Assembly (NCBI GenBank): GCA_014239775.1
Contig: JAAZYG010000005.1
Location: forward strand, 6,746-70,745
Reading direction: 5' to 3'
DNA length: 64,000 nt
From: Candidatus Uhrbacteria bacterium
Lineage (GTDB): Bacteria; Patescibacteriota; Patescibacteriia; UBA9934; GWF2-40-263
Position 1 is the first letter of the stretch; the number at the start of each line of letters is the position of its first letter. This document shows positions 1-8,929 of the stretch, in pieces. Under the pieces are notes generated by a model that saw nothing but the letters and a program-made list of their open reading frames with translations, did no database searches and was not told the DNA's origin. A program made the position numbers and the translations under genes.

Positions 1-297
1 TTTTGGGGAGGTTTTATACAACCATGGGCAGCAAATCTACTTCCAGGACCACTTGAACAAGTAATGATTTCTACTGCAATAATGGAACTTATAATTGGTG
101 TAGCCATGTTGTTTAACATATATACATGGATTGCGGCACTAATTGCATCATTACATCTTTTAGTGATATTGATTACAGTTGGAATCGACAGTATTACAGT
201 TCGTGATATTGGACTACTTGGCGCATCTGTTGCACTATTTTTATCGACTGTGCCAAAACATATAACAGACAAACTTTGTAGAAAAAATAAAAGTTAG
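1..297 (+). CDS. DoxX-like small membrane protein, 5' end truncated by window edge
   Basis: Frame 1 is open from base 1 to the TAG at 295-297 with no upstream stop. The sequence is TM-rich and has an ELIIG motif reminiscent of DoxX. Confidence 0.4.
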   Translation, partial: FWGGFIQPWAANLLPGPLEQVMISTAIMELIIGVAMLFNIYTWIAALIASLHLLVILITVGIDSITVRDIGLLGASVALFLSTVPKHITDKLCRKNKS

Positions 298-325
298 AAA
301 AAAATCGACCAATTGGTCGATTTTA
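298..325. terminator. bidirectional hairpin terminator
   Basis: A perfect palindrome atcgaccaattggtcgat (304-321) lies between convergent genes. It is flanked by an A-run on the left and TTTT on the right. Confidence 0.5.
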
Positions 326-1513
326 TAATTCTGTCAGACTTCTTCCTTGAAACAAATGTATGGTCCAAGAAAACGAAACTCTTAACTTATTAATAATACC
401 CGGTGTCTTAAATAAATATACCGTTCGCCAAACATACCAAGCAAACAATCCTTTGATATGAAAACCAAATATTTGCCCAATTCCATTTCCGTATCCTAGT
501 GAAAGCAAGAAACCAAACGTCCTTAGTTGATACGTGCCCATACTCTTCCCTTTTTCTAATAAAGATATGTTCTTAGCGACCACCTCAGCCTCTCTAACAG
601 CTGTTTGAGCTAATTTTGGTACAGGTTTACCATTTATGGAAATAATGTCTCCTAATGCAAATATATCGACATTCTCGACTGTTTGAAGATACTCATTAAC
701 CTGTACACAACCATGGTCATCTAGCTTAAGTACATTTTCATACAAACCAGTATTTGGCTTAACACCTGCACATAAGATAGTTATATCCGATCCATACTCA
801 CCTTTGTTTGTTATTACACTAGAACACGTAACTTCTTCAGCAATTGTTTCATTCAAAACCTCGATACCATATTTCTCTGTAAGGTTTTTTATATAACCCT
901 GAACCGTAGGATGATCCATGCCACCCATAATATTTCGTGCATTTATAACACGCAACTTATACTTTAACGTTGGATGTTTACTTTTTAACGAAGCAAGTAG
1001 TCTCTCTATGTCGAATATCAACTCTGAACCTGTTGCACCTGCTCCTATTACATTCACCTCTACCGTCTTATTGCATTGTGCAAATGAAACAATCTTATTT
1101 TTTATTGCAACAGCATCCTCTGCAGTTTTTAATTCAAATACATTCTCTGCACCCTTGATGTTATAAGTGTTTGTTGATGCACCAGTTGCAAGTACAAGAT
1201 AACTATAAGTAATTTCTTTATTATTTAAAATTACCTTTTTATTTTTTATATCCATATCAGTCACCTCACACCGATATAATTCAAAATCTTCATTTTTAAA
1301 AAACGTCTCATATTCAAATATTATGTCATGAGTTAAAAGTGAACCAGTTGCAACCTCATGCAATAATGGTGTGAATGTAAAATAATTTGTCTTACTAGCT
1401 AATATAACCGGATAACCAAGCTTAAGTAATGCTTTGGTTGTATAAACACCACCAAAACCACCACCTATCACAACAACTGGATCTTTTATCATATAAATAG
1501 AAGTATAAAACAA
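323..1513 (-). CDS. ndh: type II NADH dehydrogenase / FAD-dependent pyridine nucleotide-disulfide oxidoreductase
   Basis: VVVIGGGFGG dinucleotide-binding motif near the N-terminus and a second VIGAGATG motif. Size and layout are typical of Ndh-2. The likely true start is the internal MIKDP. Confidence 0.7.
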   Translation of the reverse strand: MFYTSIYMIKDPVVVIGGGFGGVYTTKALLKLGYPVILASKTNYFTFTPLLHEVATGSLLTHDIIFEYETFFKNEDFELYRCEVTDMDIKNKKVILNNKEITYSYLVLATGASTNTYNIKGAENVFELKTAEDAVAIKNKIVSFAQCNKTVEVNVIGAGATGSELIFDIERLLASLKSKHPTLKYKLRVINARNIMGGMDHPTVQGYIKNLTEKYGIEVLNETIAEEVTCSSVITNKGEYGSDITILCAGVKPNTGLYENVLKLDDHGCVQVNEYLQTVENVDIFALGDIISINGKPVPKLAQTAVREAEVVAKNISLLEKGKSMGTYQLRTFGFLLSLGYGNGIGQIFGFHIKGLFAWYVWRTVYLFKTPGIINKLRVSFSWTIHLFQGRSLTEL

Positions 1514-1541
1514 AAAAACCTCTGCAGCAAAGGCAGTGGTT
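1514..1541 (-). terminator. intrinsic terminator downstream of rpmG and the tRNA pair
   Basis: Minus-strand hairpin ccactgcc...gcagagg followed by TTTTTTT (the plus-strand A-run at 1512-1518). Confidence 0.5.
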
Positions 1542-1697
1542 TTATTTAGTTTCTTTGTGAAGCTTATGTGTCTTACAGCGTTTACAAAACTTTTTTAGCT
1601 CAAGTCTTTCTTTAAGCTTTTTCTTGTTTTTAAAACTTCTATAACCAAGCATTTTACACTCAGAACATTCAAATTTAATCAGATTATCTTGTGACAT
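1542..1697 (-). CDS. rpmG: 50S ribosomal protein L33 (51 aa, absent from the ORF track because it is under 60 aa)
   Basis: Manual minus-strand translation gives MSQDNLIKFECSECKMLGYRSFKNKKKLKERLELKKFCKRCKTHKLHKETK. It has the CxxC...CxxC zinc ribbon and the KLELKKF...H.L.KETK C-terminus typical of L33. It sits directly downstream of the tRNAs. Confidence 0.75.
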   Translation of the reverse strand: MSQDNLIKFECSECKMLGYRSFKNKKKLKERLELKKFCKRCKTHKLHKETK

Positions 1698-1745
1698 ATA
1701 TATCTATTACTGCGAAACCTTAGTAGATTTTACTAAAATTGTCAA

Positions 1746-1822
1746 TGGAGCCACCTGTGAGATTCGAACTCACGACCTACGGTTTACAAAACCGTTGCTC
1801 TGACCAGCTGAGCTAAGGTGGC
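1746..1822 (-). tRNA. tRNA-Thr (anticodon TGT)
   Basis: The reverse complement folds as a cloverleaf: GCCACCT acceptor, GCTC/GAGC D-stem, anticodon loop TTTGTAA, TTCGAAT T-loop and CCA end. Confidence 0.85.
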
Positions 1823-1847
1823 TTAATAACTTACTAAGGAGACAAAC

Positions 1848-1932
1848 TGGTGGGCCGGGAGGGATTTGAACCCCCGAAGGCGATGCCAGCAGATTTACAG
1901 TCTGCTCTCGTTGACCACTTGAGTACCGACCC
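1848..1932 (-). tRNA. tRNA-Tyr (anticodon GTA), long variable arm
   Basis: Reverse complement is GGGTCGG...CAGACTGTAAATCTG...GGTTCAAATCC...CCGGCCCACCA. The 85-nt length with a long variable arm is typical of bacterial tRNA-Tyr. Confidence 0.85.
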
Positions 1933-2012
1933 AGAAGCGAAATAATTCTACACAATATTAAAATTCAAGTCAATTACTAAATCAGTCAAGTTAATGCCAT
2001 CATTAATTTCAA

Positions 2013-3470
2013 TTAATGCACAATTTCCCAGTGTTTTTTCTTTGCGATACTAAGTAAATTACGGGAATGAGGCTTGACCACAATCGGATGACCAACAACC
2101 TTAAATATTGGTAAATCAGAATATGCATCTGCATAAGCATAACTGTCTTTTAAATTAAGACCGTGTTTTTTTGCATATGACTTAGCCTGTTTACTTTTTT
2201 CACTTCCATAAACAAGTTTCTTTATTTTTCCTGTATATACTCCATTTTTTATCTCCAACTTTGTAGCTATCAAACCTTTAGCACCAATCAAATCCTTAAA
2301 ATGCTTTGCAAGTGGTTCTATAACTTGACTCAAAGAAACAACATGATGCCCTGCCTTATGATGATCTTTAATATATGCAAGTAAGTCATGATCAAATTTA
2401 TCTGTCTCAACAATCTTAAAAAACTCATGAGCTAATATATCCAACTTTTCCTTATTCCACCCAGCTATACATTTAGCAGACTGTGCAGATAAATCTTGCA
2501 TTGAAATAATTTTTAAATTATACAAAAATAACGCAAAATAAACCCTCCAAATACTTAATCGTGATAAAAATCCTTCTTTTTGTAACCAATGAAAAAAATC
2601 ATGCATGCAATACCCTTTGTATATAGTATGATCTATATCAAAAAATACACCTACATCCTTACGTTTTTTCTCAGATAAAAAATCTCTATGATACCTATGG
2701 GGCAACTGCTTCATCATTTGATCACGAACGTCCTTTGTAAAGTCAACAACTGCTTTTCTAAATGGATACGCACGTGTAACTTTTGGTGGCATCATTGGCT
2801 TTCCAAAGATGACTTTAATTTTTCCAGGACACATCCTTGTACGATCAACAACCTTCTCCTCTCCAATAAATGTCATTGGGACTATTGAACGCTTTGAACG
2901 TAAAGAAACACGTGCAGCGCCTGTATGTAAATAGTGGAACTTGTGCGAATGCTCAACATGACCTTCACCAAAAATTAAAACATTCCTACCCTCTTTTAAT
3001 GAATTCATCATCTTCTTAATAGCAGCTTTTTTTGTGTGTGCTTTTTTAAAATGTTTCTCATCATAACCATCACGCAATACATCAATAGCACCGGCTTTAA
3101 AACAAAAAATATTAAAAGGATATTTAAACATTCCACGAGGACCAACCAAACAATCTACATTTGGACCCAAAAGGCCAAAACAAAAAAAACCATCTAACAC
3201 AGACCCGTGATTAGATACATATATAAACGGACCTTCTATATTCCCTGTATTATCTTCTACATCAAATTCAATGCCAGATAACTTTTTTAACAAGGCCGAA
3301 TTTATCATTGACGCTTTACGCCACAACCCATCTCTTTTATTCTTTGGAATAAGCTTTTCTACCACTAAAAACACAGGTGCTTCTACACAACCTATTATAT
3401 AAAATAATAATTGTACTGATATTCCGTAAACAGTTTTTAATTTTAATTTATCCCCCAATAATGTTGCCAT
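2013..3470 (-). CDS. fusion protein: PlsC-type acyltransferase (N-terminal) plus HAD-IB phosphatase-like domain (C-terminal)
   Basis: NHGSVLDG is the H(x)4D acyltransferase motif and FGEGHVEH is the second acyltransferase block. VFFDIDHTIY is the HAD DxDxT motif, and the C-terminus has a conserved K...D pattern. Confidence 0.6.
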   Translation of the reverse strand: MATLLGDKLKLKTVYGISVQLLFYIIGCVEAPVFLVVEKLIPKNKRDGLWRKASMINSALLKKLSGIEFDVEDNTGNIEGPFIYVSNHGSVLDGFFCFGLLGPNVDCLVGPRGMFKYPFNIFCFKAGAIDVLRDGYDEKHFKKAHTKKAAIKKMMNSLKEGRNVLIFGEGHVEHSHKFHYLHTGAARVSLRSKRSIVPMTFIGEEKVVDRTRMCPGKIKVIFGKPMMPPKVTRAYPFRKAVVDFTKDVRDQMMKQLPHRYHRDFLSEKKRKDVGVFFDIDHTIYKGYCMHDFFHWLQKEGFLSRLSIWRVYFALFLYNLKIISMQDLSAQSAKCIAGWNKEKLDILAHEFFKIVETDKFDHDLLAYIKDHHKAGHHVVSLSQVIEPLAKHFKDLIGAKGLIATKLEIKNGVYTGKIKKLVYGSEKSKQAKSYAKKHGLNLKDSYAYADAYSDLPIFKVVGHPIVVKPHSRNLLSIAKKKHWEIVH

Positions 3471-3560
3471 ATTGACAATAACGATTTATAAGGCTATTTT
3501 ATCATGAATATAGGAGGATAACTAAGTTCTTTAACAATTAAATATACTTAAACCACTTTT

Positions 3561-5405
3561 TTGGGGAAAACCATGACTCTTGAACCGAGGTCATTGTCGC
3601 CAGTTAGAACCTGGGCAAGCATTAACGCGCCTCGCAACATATTACTTCTACTTGTTGGGTGCGAGCATTTAGGTGTACCTAAAAAGGTCATCTTCAATAG
3701 TTTACCTGATAGACTAAAAGGTAAATCGATATCATTAATGAGAAAAGATGAAGATCAAATTACTCTTGCAGAGTATGATGATGTTCTAAGACCTTTAATA
3801 GATCACTTAGGTCACGTGAGTCTACTGAGCGAAATTGGTCATGCATCACCAAAGATTGACTTTGGTTTTGAAACCGTCAAACGTATCGCAGGCACACTTC
3901 CTGGACTCGGTCATTTTGTTAGTCCATGGGTTGCATACAAACAACTCAATGAAGCTGCAAGAGCTTGGAATAATAACAAAATCTGGAAGGCTGATTTAAT
4001 AGATCACAACATGGTTAGGCTTATGTGTACATATAATCCTGCTAGTCCAACCGGACAAACCATCGATCGAATTAAAGACGCAGTTTCACTTTTGTATTTA
4101 ATCAGAGGGATGAATGAAGCTCTTCCAGGAATTTTTCCAGGAAGATACTTGTTGTCTGAAGTTAATTACAGACTAGTCAATCTACCACTAGAACAACTAC
4201 TGCGGACATTGTGTCCAAAAAGTAATATTGAATTTAGTGGAAATGTCTTATACTTCAACAATGAACTCGTTGCAACAAAGGTTTGGCTAAAACCAGACCA
4301 CAGAGGATGGTTCATGGGTGACTACTCACGAACTGAGATTGATGGTGTAATGACAACACCAGCAATCTTAATCTTAAAAGATGTGTGTACACAAGCGACA
4401 GGAAATGTATGTCCTGGTCAAATATTGCCACTAGTTCGTCTAGGTGAAATTTATCAAATCAACGAAGATGTGAGTCAATTTTCACACACAATACTGGACA
4501 TTCGGTGGAACACAACTTGGGCAGATAAAGTAAAAAGTTATCTACCGTTCGTTGGTGGTCATAAAAACTTCCAAAATGAGTTCATTACTGAAAACAGGGC
4601 GGTTGCAGCAACTCAACAAGTTTCGCTTGAAAAACGTAAGACTCAAATTTATACAGCACTTATTTCAGCGATTTATCCTGATAAATCAATGTTTCAATCT
4701 GTTCTTGAAGGTAAAAATCTTACAGTAATAGATGACACTACAGTGTCTTTGTTTGTTGACATTGCAAACTTCTCAAAATGGGCAAACTCCTGTGGAGCCA
4801 ATGAAGTATACAATTTTATGCAGCCCTTTATGACTGGTGTGAATAAAATTGCCTTACGTTGTCATGGTAAGCTGTGTAATTTTACCGGTGATGGATGTGC
4901 AATTAATTGGTTTGGTAAAATAGGACCCAGCAAACAATATTCAGTAAAACGAAGATTGCAATTTGCCATAGATGCATCTCTCTACATTTTGAAACTTGCA
5001 GATAATGCTGGATGTTCTGTACGTGTAGGAATTTCTGTTGGTCAAACAATCACATACACTATTCCTGTAGACAAAAGTGGTATTCAAGCAATGCCTGTCA
5101 CAAATGGAGTAGCAATGAATATGGCCGCAAGAGTGCAGGCTGCAATGAAACCAACACAACAAAAAATGAAATGTTCTGTTGCAGCAATGGATGATAGTGC
5201 AGAAAAAGTTCTTACAGCTGATGGAATCTTAAATATTGCACCATTAAACATAAGGATCATTGGTGTAGTCGAAGAAAAGTCTGATACATTTAGTTTATTC
5301 CAAATCATGCCAACAACAATGACTGAAAAGGACCAAAACTGGATCACACGGACTGGCGCAGACACGTCTATGAATATGCCCACAATCAACTCAAATGAGG
5401 ATTAA
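3561..5405 (+). CDS. class III nucleotidyl cyclase (adenylate/guanylate-cyclase-type catalytic domain) with a roughly 385-aa N-terminal domain of unknown function
   Basis: The C-terminal domain has the metal-binding Asp in VDIANFS and in FTGDG, plus VRVGISVGQ...TNGVAMNMAARV, which is the N/R transition-state motif. The true start is probably the ATG at 3573 (MTLEPRS), since 3561 is a TTG. The 5' part of the gene is clearly more G+C-rich than its neighbours. Confidence 0.7.
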   Translation: MGKTMTLEPRSLSPVRTWASINAPRNILLLLVGCEHLGVPKKVIFNSLPDRLKGKSISLMRKDEDQITLAEYDDVLRPLIDHLGHVSLLSEIGHASPKIDFGFETVKRIAGTLPGLGHFVSPWVAYKQLNEAARAWNNNKIWKADLIDHNMVRLMCTYNPASPTGQTIDRIKDAVSLLYLIRGMNEALPGIFPGRYLLSEVNYRLVNLPLEQLLRTLCPKSNIEFSGNVLYFNNELVATKVWLKPDHRGWFMGDYSRTEIDGVMTTPAILILKDVCTQATGNVCPGQILPLVRLGEIYQINEDVSQFSHTILDIRWNTTWADKVKSYLPFVGGHKNFQNEFITENRAVAATQQVSLEKRKTQIYTALISAIYPDKSMFQSVLEGKNLTVIDDTTVSLFVDIANFSKWANSCGANEVYNFMQPFMTGVNKIALRCHGKLCNFTGDGCAINWFGKIGPSKQYSVKRRLQFAIDASLYILKLADNAGCSVRVGISVGQTITYTIPVDKSGIQAMPVTNGVAMNMAARVQAAMKPTQQKMKCSVAAMDDSAEKVLTADGILNIAPLNIRIIGVVEEKSDTFSLFQIMPTTMTEKDQNWITRTGADTSMNMPTINSNED

Positions 5406-5417
5406 TAAAGCATTACT

Positions 5418-5446
5418 AACACCTGTTTATACAGGTGTTTTTTTAT
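5418..5446 (+). terminator. intrinsic terminator after the cyclase gene
   Basis: aacacctgt-ttat-acaggtgtt hairpin followed by TTTTTTT. Confidence 0.6.
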
Positions 5447-5477
5447 TAAGAAAACATAAACACACAACTTATATCTG

Positions 5478-5506
5478 TTGACAACCAGCATGTTTATATA
5501 TAAACT
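5478..5506 (+). promoter_or_regulatory. possible sigma70-like promoter for the 108-aa ORF
   Basis: TTGACA, then 17 nt, then TAAACT. The -10 is weak. Confidence 0.3.
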
Positions 5507-5560
5507 CTCAAGTCAACTTTGACAATCTGTTTTAAATAAAGTTTTTACAAGGAACAGTAA

Positions 5561-5887
5561 GTGATTTTTTCTGAAGTTTTTTATGTTGATTATGACCGAT
5601 CTGTTAAATTCAACCCAACCTTGCACAGTCAATTTGTAAAAAAATTTCTTGCATGGTCAAACCTTATAATTGTCGGTCCGCAGTATGAGCACAAACATCT
5701 GTACAATCACTTCTGTACAGATCATACAGCCCCACCAACATCACAGCTTATAGCTGCTGGTGATTGTACGGGCGATGGACATGTGTGGAGTTGGACAAGT
5801 GTTGGCTTTGGTTTTAAAACACCAAAAGACATCAAACCTCACATACTCAAGGCAATTCAAATGAAGGATGAAGCTTTAGGCTTCTAA
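5561..5887 (+). CDS. hypothetical protein (GTG start), His/Cys/Trp-containing orphan
   Basis: ORF of 108 aa downstream of the cyclase, with a weak AAGGAA SD. I recognise no motif. Confidence 0.35.
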   Translation: MIFSEVFYVDYDRSVKFNPTLHSQFVKKFLAWSNLIIVGPQYEHKHLYNHFCTDHTAPPTSQLIAAGDCTGDGHVWSWTSVGFGFKTPKDIKPHILKAIQMKDEALGF

Positions 5888-5981
5888 CACTAAAGCTATG
5901 CTTTACTAAACATACAAACTTTTTGTGTGTTTTTTTATTTACACAATCAAAAAAACTACTAATACGTAGTTTTTAAGTAAA

Positions 5982-6057
5982 TGGAGCCGTCACGCGGATT
6001 CGAACCGCGGACCTCATCCTTACCATGGATGCGCTCTACCTACTGAGCTATGACGGC
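5982..6057 (-). tRNA. tRNA-Thr (anticodon GGT)
   Basis: Reverse complement is GCCGTCATAGCTCAGTAGGTAGAGC...anticodon loop ATGGTAA...GGTTCGAATCC...TGACGGCTCCA. Confidence 0.85.
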
Positions 6058-6067
6058 AATAATAATA

Positions 6068-6877
6068 TTATTCCTCACTTGTTTTTTGAATATATTCATC
6101 CTTTAATTTATAAAACCTACCCTCAAACTCATCAAGTTTTTTATTTTCTGGATTGACCTCCTGCAACAAGGTGATTCCTTTTCTAGCATCTTTTAATGAA
6201 CCAGCTCTAAGAGAAGTTTCAATATAAAAATCTAAATATTTTGGATTTTTAGACCTATTATCGATTGCCTTTTTTAGATAATCTAATGCAGATTTGTAAT
6301 TTAAAGAATCCATCTCCATCTCTGCAAGAGACACCAAAACACTAGCATCATTTGGTGAAATTTTTAATGTAAATTTATAAGTCTCTTTTGCCTGGTCATA
6401 TTTAGAACTCTTTTTATAAAGATCACCCAATCCTTCATATGCATCAACACTTTTTGGATTATGACTAATAATATCTATATAGATTTTTTCTGCATGTACA
6501 ACCTCATCTTTTTTGACTAAATCCTTAGCTTGATCAATTAATCGTCTTATTTCATCTTTATTGTAAGAGTGAACACCTTCTTCAGCTGTACGTTTTAATT
6601 TCTGATAATATTGCTCTAAAGAATATAATTTTTGTACAGCACGTCTACCGTATTTAGACGCAACACGAACAGCTCCAGAAGATGCTTTTACTACATTTCT
6701 AGCAACACCGCTCTTACGTTGTAATTTTTGTAATATAATCTTCTCTTTTACTTTTCGCGCCTTTTCTTTTGGTACTGATTCAATGTTAATAACACGTAAT
6801 TTTGGGATATTACGAACCAAAATAATAGAAATTGTAAACAAACAGAAAATAATTATAGAAACTAATATCCAAACCAT
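6068..6877 (-). CDS. TPR-repeat protein with an N-terminal transmembrane anchor
   Basis: Hydrophobic N-terminus, then repeated A..Y..LG..Y / A...Y...L helical-hairpin patterns characteristic of tetratricopeptide repeats. Confidence 0.55.
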   Translation of the reverse strand: MVWILVSIIIFCLFTISIILVRNIPKLRVINIESVPKEKARKVKEKIILQKLQRKSGVARNVVKASSGAVRVASKYGRRAVQKLYSLEQYYQKLKRTAEEGVHSYNKDEIRRLIDQAKDLVKKDEVVHAEKIYIDIISHNPKSVDAYEGLGDLYKKSSKYDQAKETYKFTLKISPNDASVLVSLAEMEMDSLNYKSALDYLKKAIDNRSKNPKYLDFYIETSLRAGSLKDARKGITLLQEVNPENKKLDEFEGRFYKLKDEYIQKTSEE

Positions 6878-6880
6878 ACT

Positions 6881-7654
6881 TTACTCTTGTGCTTCAAGGA
6901 CTTCACTTGCAGCCTCAATCACATCCTTGAATTGATTAATTTTAACACTTGCACCACCAACCAAAACTCCATCAATACTTTTCTCTCTTAATAAAGCATA
7001 TGCATTATCACCATTTACACTACCTCCATACAAAACATTTAATTGATCTTCCTTTATACCAGGAAAGATATCTGACAAAACAGTTTTAATAAACTCATGC
7101 ACCTCTATAACCTGTGCAACATCTGCATTTTTACCAGTACCGATTGCCCAAATGGGTTCATATGCTATAAACAATTTAGCTGAAGATCGTAATCTAATCC
7201 CACCTAATGCACTGGCTATTTGATTTTTTATAATCTCCAAATAACCACCCTCCTCTCTATGTTCAACACTCTCACCAATACACACTATTGGGGTTAAATT
7301 ATTCTCTAAAGCCTTTTTTAATTTCCTATTAACAATTTCATCCGTTTCAGAAAACAAACCCCTTCTTTCTGAATGCCCAATTAATACATGTGTTACACCG
7401 ACCTCATCTAACATTCTTGAAGAAATCTCACCAGTAAATGCACCCTTATCTTCCCATGACATGTTTTGTGCACATAAAGAAACAGATGACCTTGCGATCA
7501 CTTTTCTAACTTCCGACAAAGCAATAAATGAAGGACAAATGATTAAATTAGGAACAACTTTCCTACCCCTCAATGTCAAAAGCGTACCACGAGCCAACGC
7601 AATACTTTCTCTAACTCCCACATTCATCTTCCAATTTCCTATAACTGTTTTCAT
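6881..7654 (-). CDS. tpiA: triosephosphate isomerase
   Basis: NWKMN near the N-terminus, the active-site His in LIGHSERR, and the IAYEPIWAIGTGK motif. Confidence 0.85.
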   Translation of the reverse strand: MKTVIGNWKMNVGVRESIALARGTLLTLRGRKVVPNLIICPSFIALSEVRKVIARSSVSLCAQNMSWEDKGAFTGEISSRMLDEVGVTHVLIGHSERRGLFSETDEIVNRKLKKALENNLTPIVCIGESVEHREEGGYLEIIKNQIASALGGIRLRSSAKLFIAYEPIWAIGTGKNADVAQVIEVHEFIKTVLSDIFPGIKEDQLNVLYGGSVNGDNAYALLREKSIDGVLVGGASVKINQFKDVIEAASEVLEAQE

Positions 7655-8919
7655 ATTTTTGCCTTCCTTATGAACTCCTCCTTAGACTTATAAGGACCTA
7701 TAACAGCAACTGTCATTTGATCTAAATCAAGAATTTCTTTTGCCACATCTTGAATTTCTTCCAAAGTTACTCCATCTATTTTTTTCAAATATGCAGCTGG
7801 TGTTTTAACATCATCTTTAAACAGTGCTTGTGTTGCATACCACGAAGCACGTTGATACGTATCTTCAAGCTGTATTGAAAACTGTCCTTGTATATATGTT
7901 TTCGCATCTACCAATTCTTGCTTTGTAACACCCTTTTTTATAATAGATTTTACCTCTTTTAAAATAGTCTTAACAGCAAGTGGTAACCGCTTTTTGTCCA
8001 AACCAGCCCTAATCATAAAAGTACCAATATCATCATATTGATGACTGTATGCACGTACAAAATATGCTAAGCCCAGTCTTTCTCGTACCTCAATAAAAAG
8101 CCGTGAACTCATGTTGCCACCTAATATCACAGAAAGCAAGGATACAATATGATTCTTTTTTGAATCAATACCATATGTATAAAATCCTAATGCTAATTGA
8201 ATTTGTTCTGTTTTTTTGTATTCAACACAAATTCTTGGTGATTTTTTTGGTTTTGTGATCTTAAACTCTTCAAAATCTTTATCTGACTTTCCTTTTCGAA
8301 CAACTGAAAATTTATTTTCAACCCAAACCTTAGCTTTTTTATTAATATTTCCAGAAACAACAACAACCATATTTGAAGCGCTATAATGCTTCTTATAATA
8401 TTCTAAAATTTCATCTCTTGGCATTTCTTTCATTGTCTTTGGTGTACCTGCTATATTTCGTCCCAACGTATTACCTTTATACATCTCGTCTTCAACAATA
8501 TCCTCAACATGACGCATAGGATTATCCCTATACATGTTAATTTCCTCAATCACCACACCACGCTCACGATCCAATTCTGTTTTATCAAAAACAGAATTAA
8601 ACAACATATCACTTAGAATATCTAAAGCTAATTTTAGGTGAGTCTTGCTAACTTTTACGTAATAACCTGTAACATGCTTATCTGTAAATGCATTAAAATC
8701 AGCACCAATTGAATCTAATTCTCTAGTAATGTCCTGAGTTGTTGGGCGACGTTTTGTGCCTTTAAACAATAAGTGCTCAATAAAATGTGACGCACCGTTT
8801 AGTTTTTTATATTCATACCTTGAACCAACTCCAACCAAAATCATGACCGTTACCGTGTCTGTGCCTTTTGAAGGAGCAAATAAAACTGGTAATGAATTTT
8901 TTAATGTAAATTTTTGCAT
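7651..8919 (-). CDS. M16 family zinc peptidase (pitrilysin/insulinase-like)
   Basis: HFIEHLLFKGT is the inverted HxxEH zinc-binding motif. Length and layout fit M16. Confidence 0.75.
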   Translation of the reverse strand: MQKFTLKNSLPVLFAPSKGTDTVTVMILVGVGSRYEYKKLNGASHFIEHLLFKGTKRRPTTQDITRELDSIGADFNAFTDKHVTGYYVKVSKTHLKLALDILSDMLFNSVFDKTELDRERGVVIEEINMYRDNPMRHVEDIVEDEMYKGNTLGRNIAGTPKTMKEMPRDEILEYYKKHYSASNMVVVVSGNINKKAKVWVENKFSVVRKGKSDKDFEEFKITKPKKSPRICVEYKKTEQIQLALGFYTYGIDSKKNHIVSLLSVILGGNMSSRLFIEVRERLGLAYFVRAYSHQYDDIGTFMIRAGLDKKRLPLAVKTILKEVKSIIKKGVTKQELVDAKTYIQGQFSIQLEDTYQRASWYATQALFKDDVKTPAAYLKKIDGVTLEEIQDVAKEILDLDQMTVAVIGPYKSKEEFIRKAKI

Positions 8920-8929
8920 CTTGATAAAA

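Noticed and set aside
918-1166. Plus-strand ORFs 918-1166 and 970-1158 inside the ndh gene.
   Set aside because: They are antisense shadow ORFs within a well-supported minus-strand gene. They have AT-rich, low-complexity translations and no SD.
4941-5389. Several 60-100-aa ORFs on both strands overlapping the 3' half of the cyclase gene.
   Set aside because: They are shadows of the 614-aa cyclase ORF, which carries clear catalytic motifs in the overlapping region.
5888-5981. Search for a tRNA 3'-end direct repeat (att-like) delimiting the cyclase island.
   Set aside because: No copy of the tRNA-Thr 3' segment was found near 3480-3560, so integration at the tRNA remains an inference from position and composition only.
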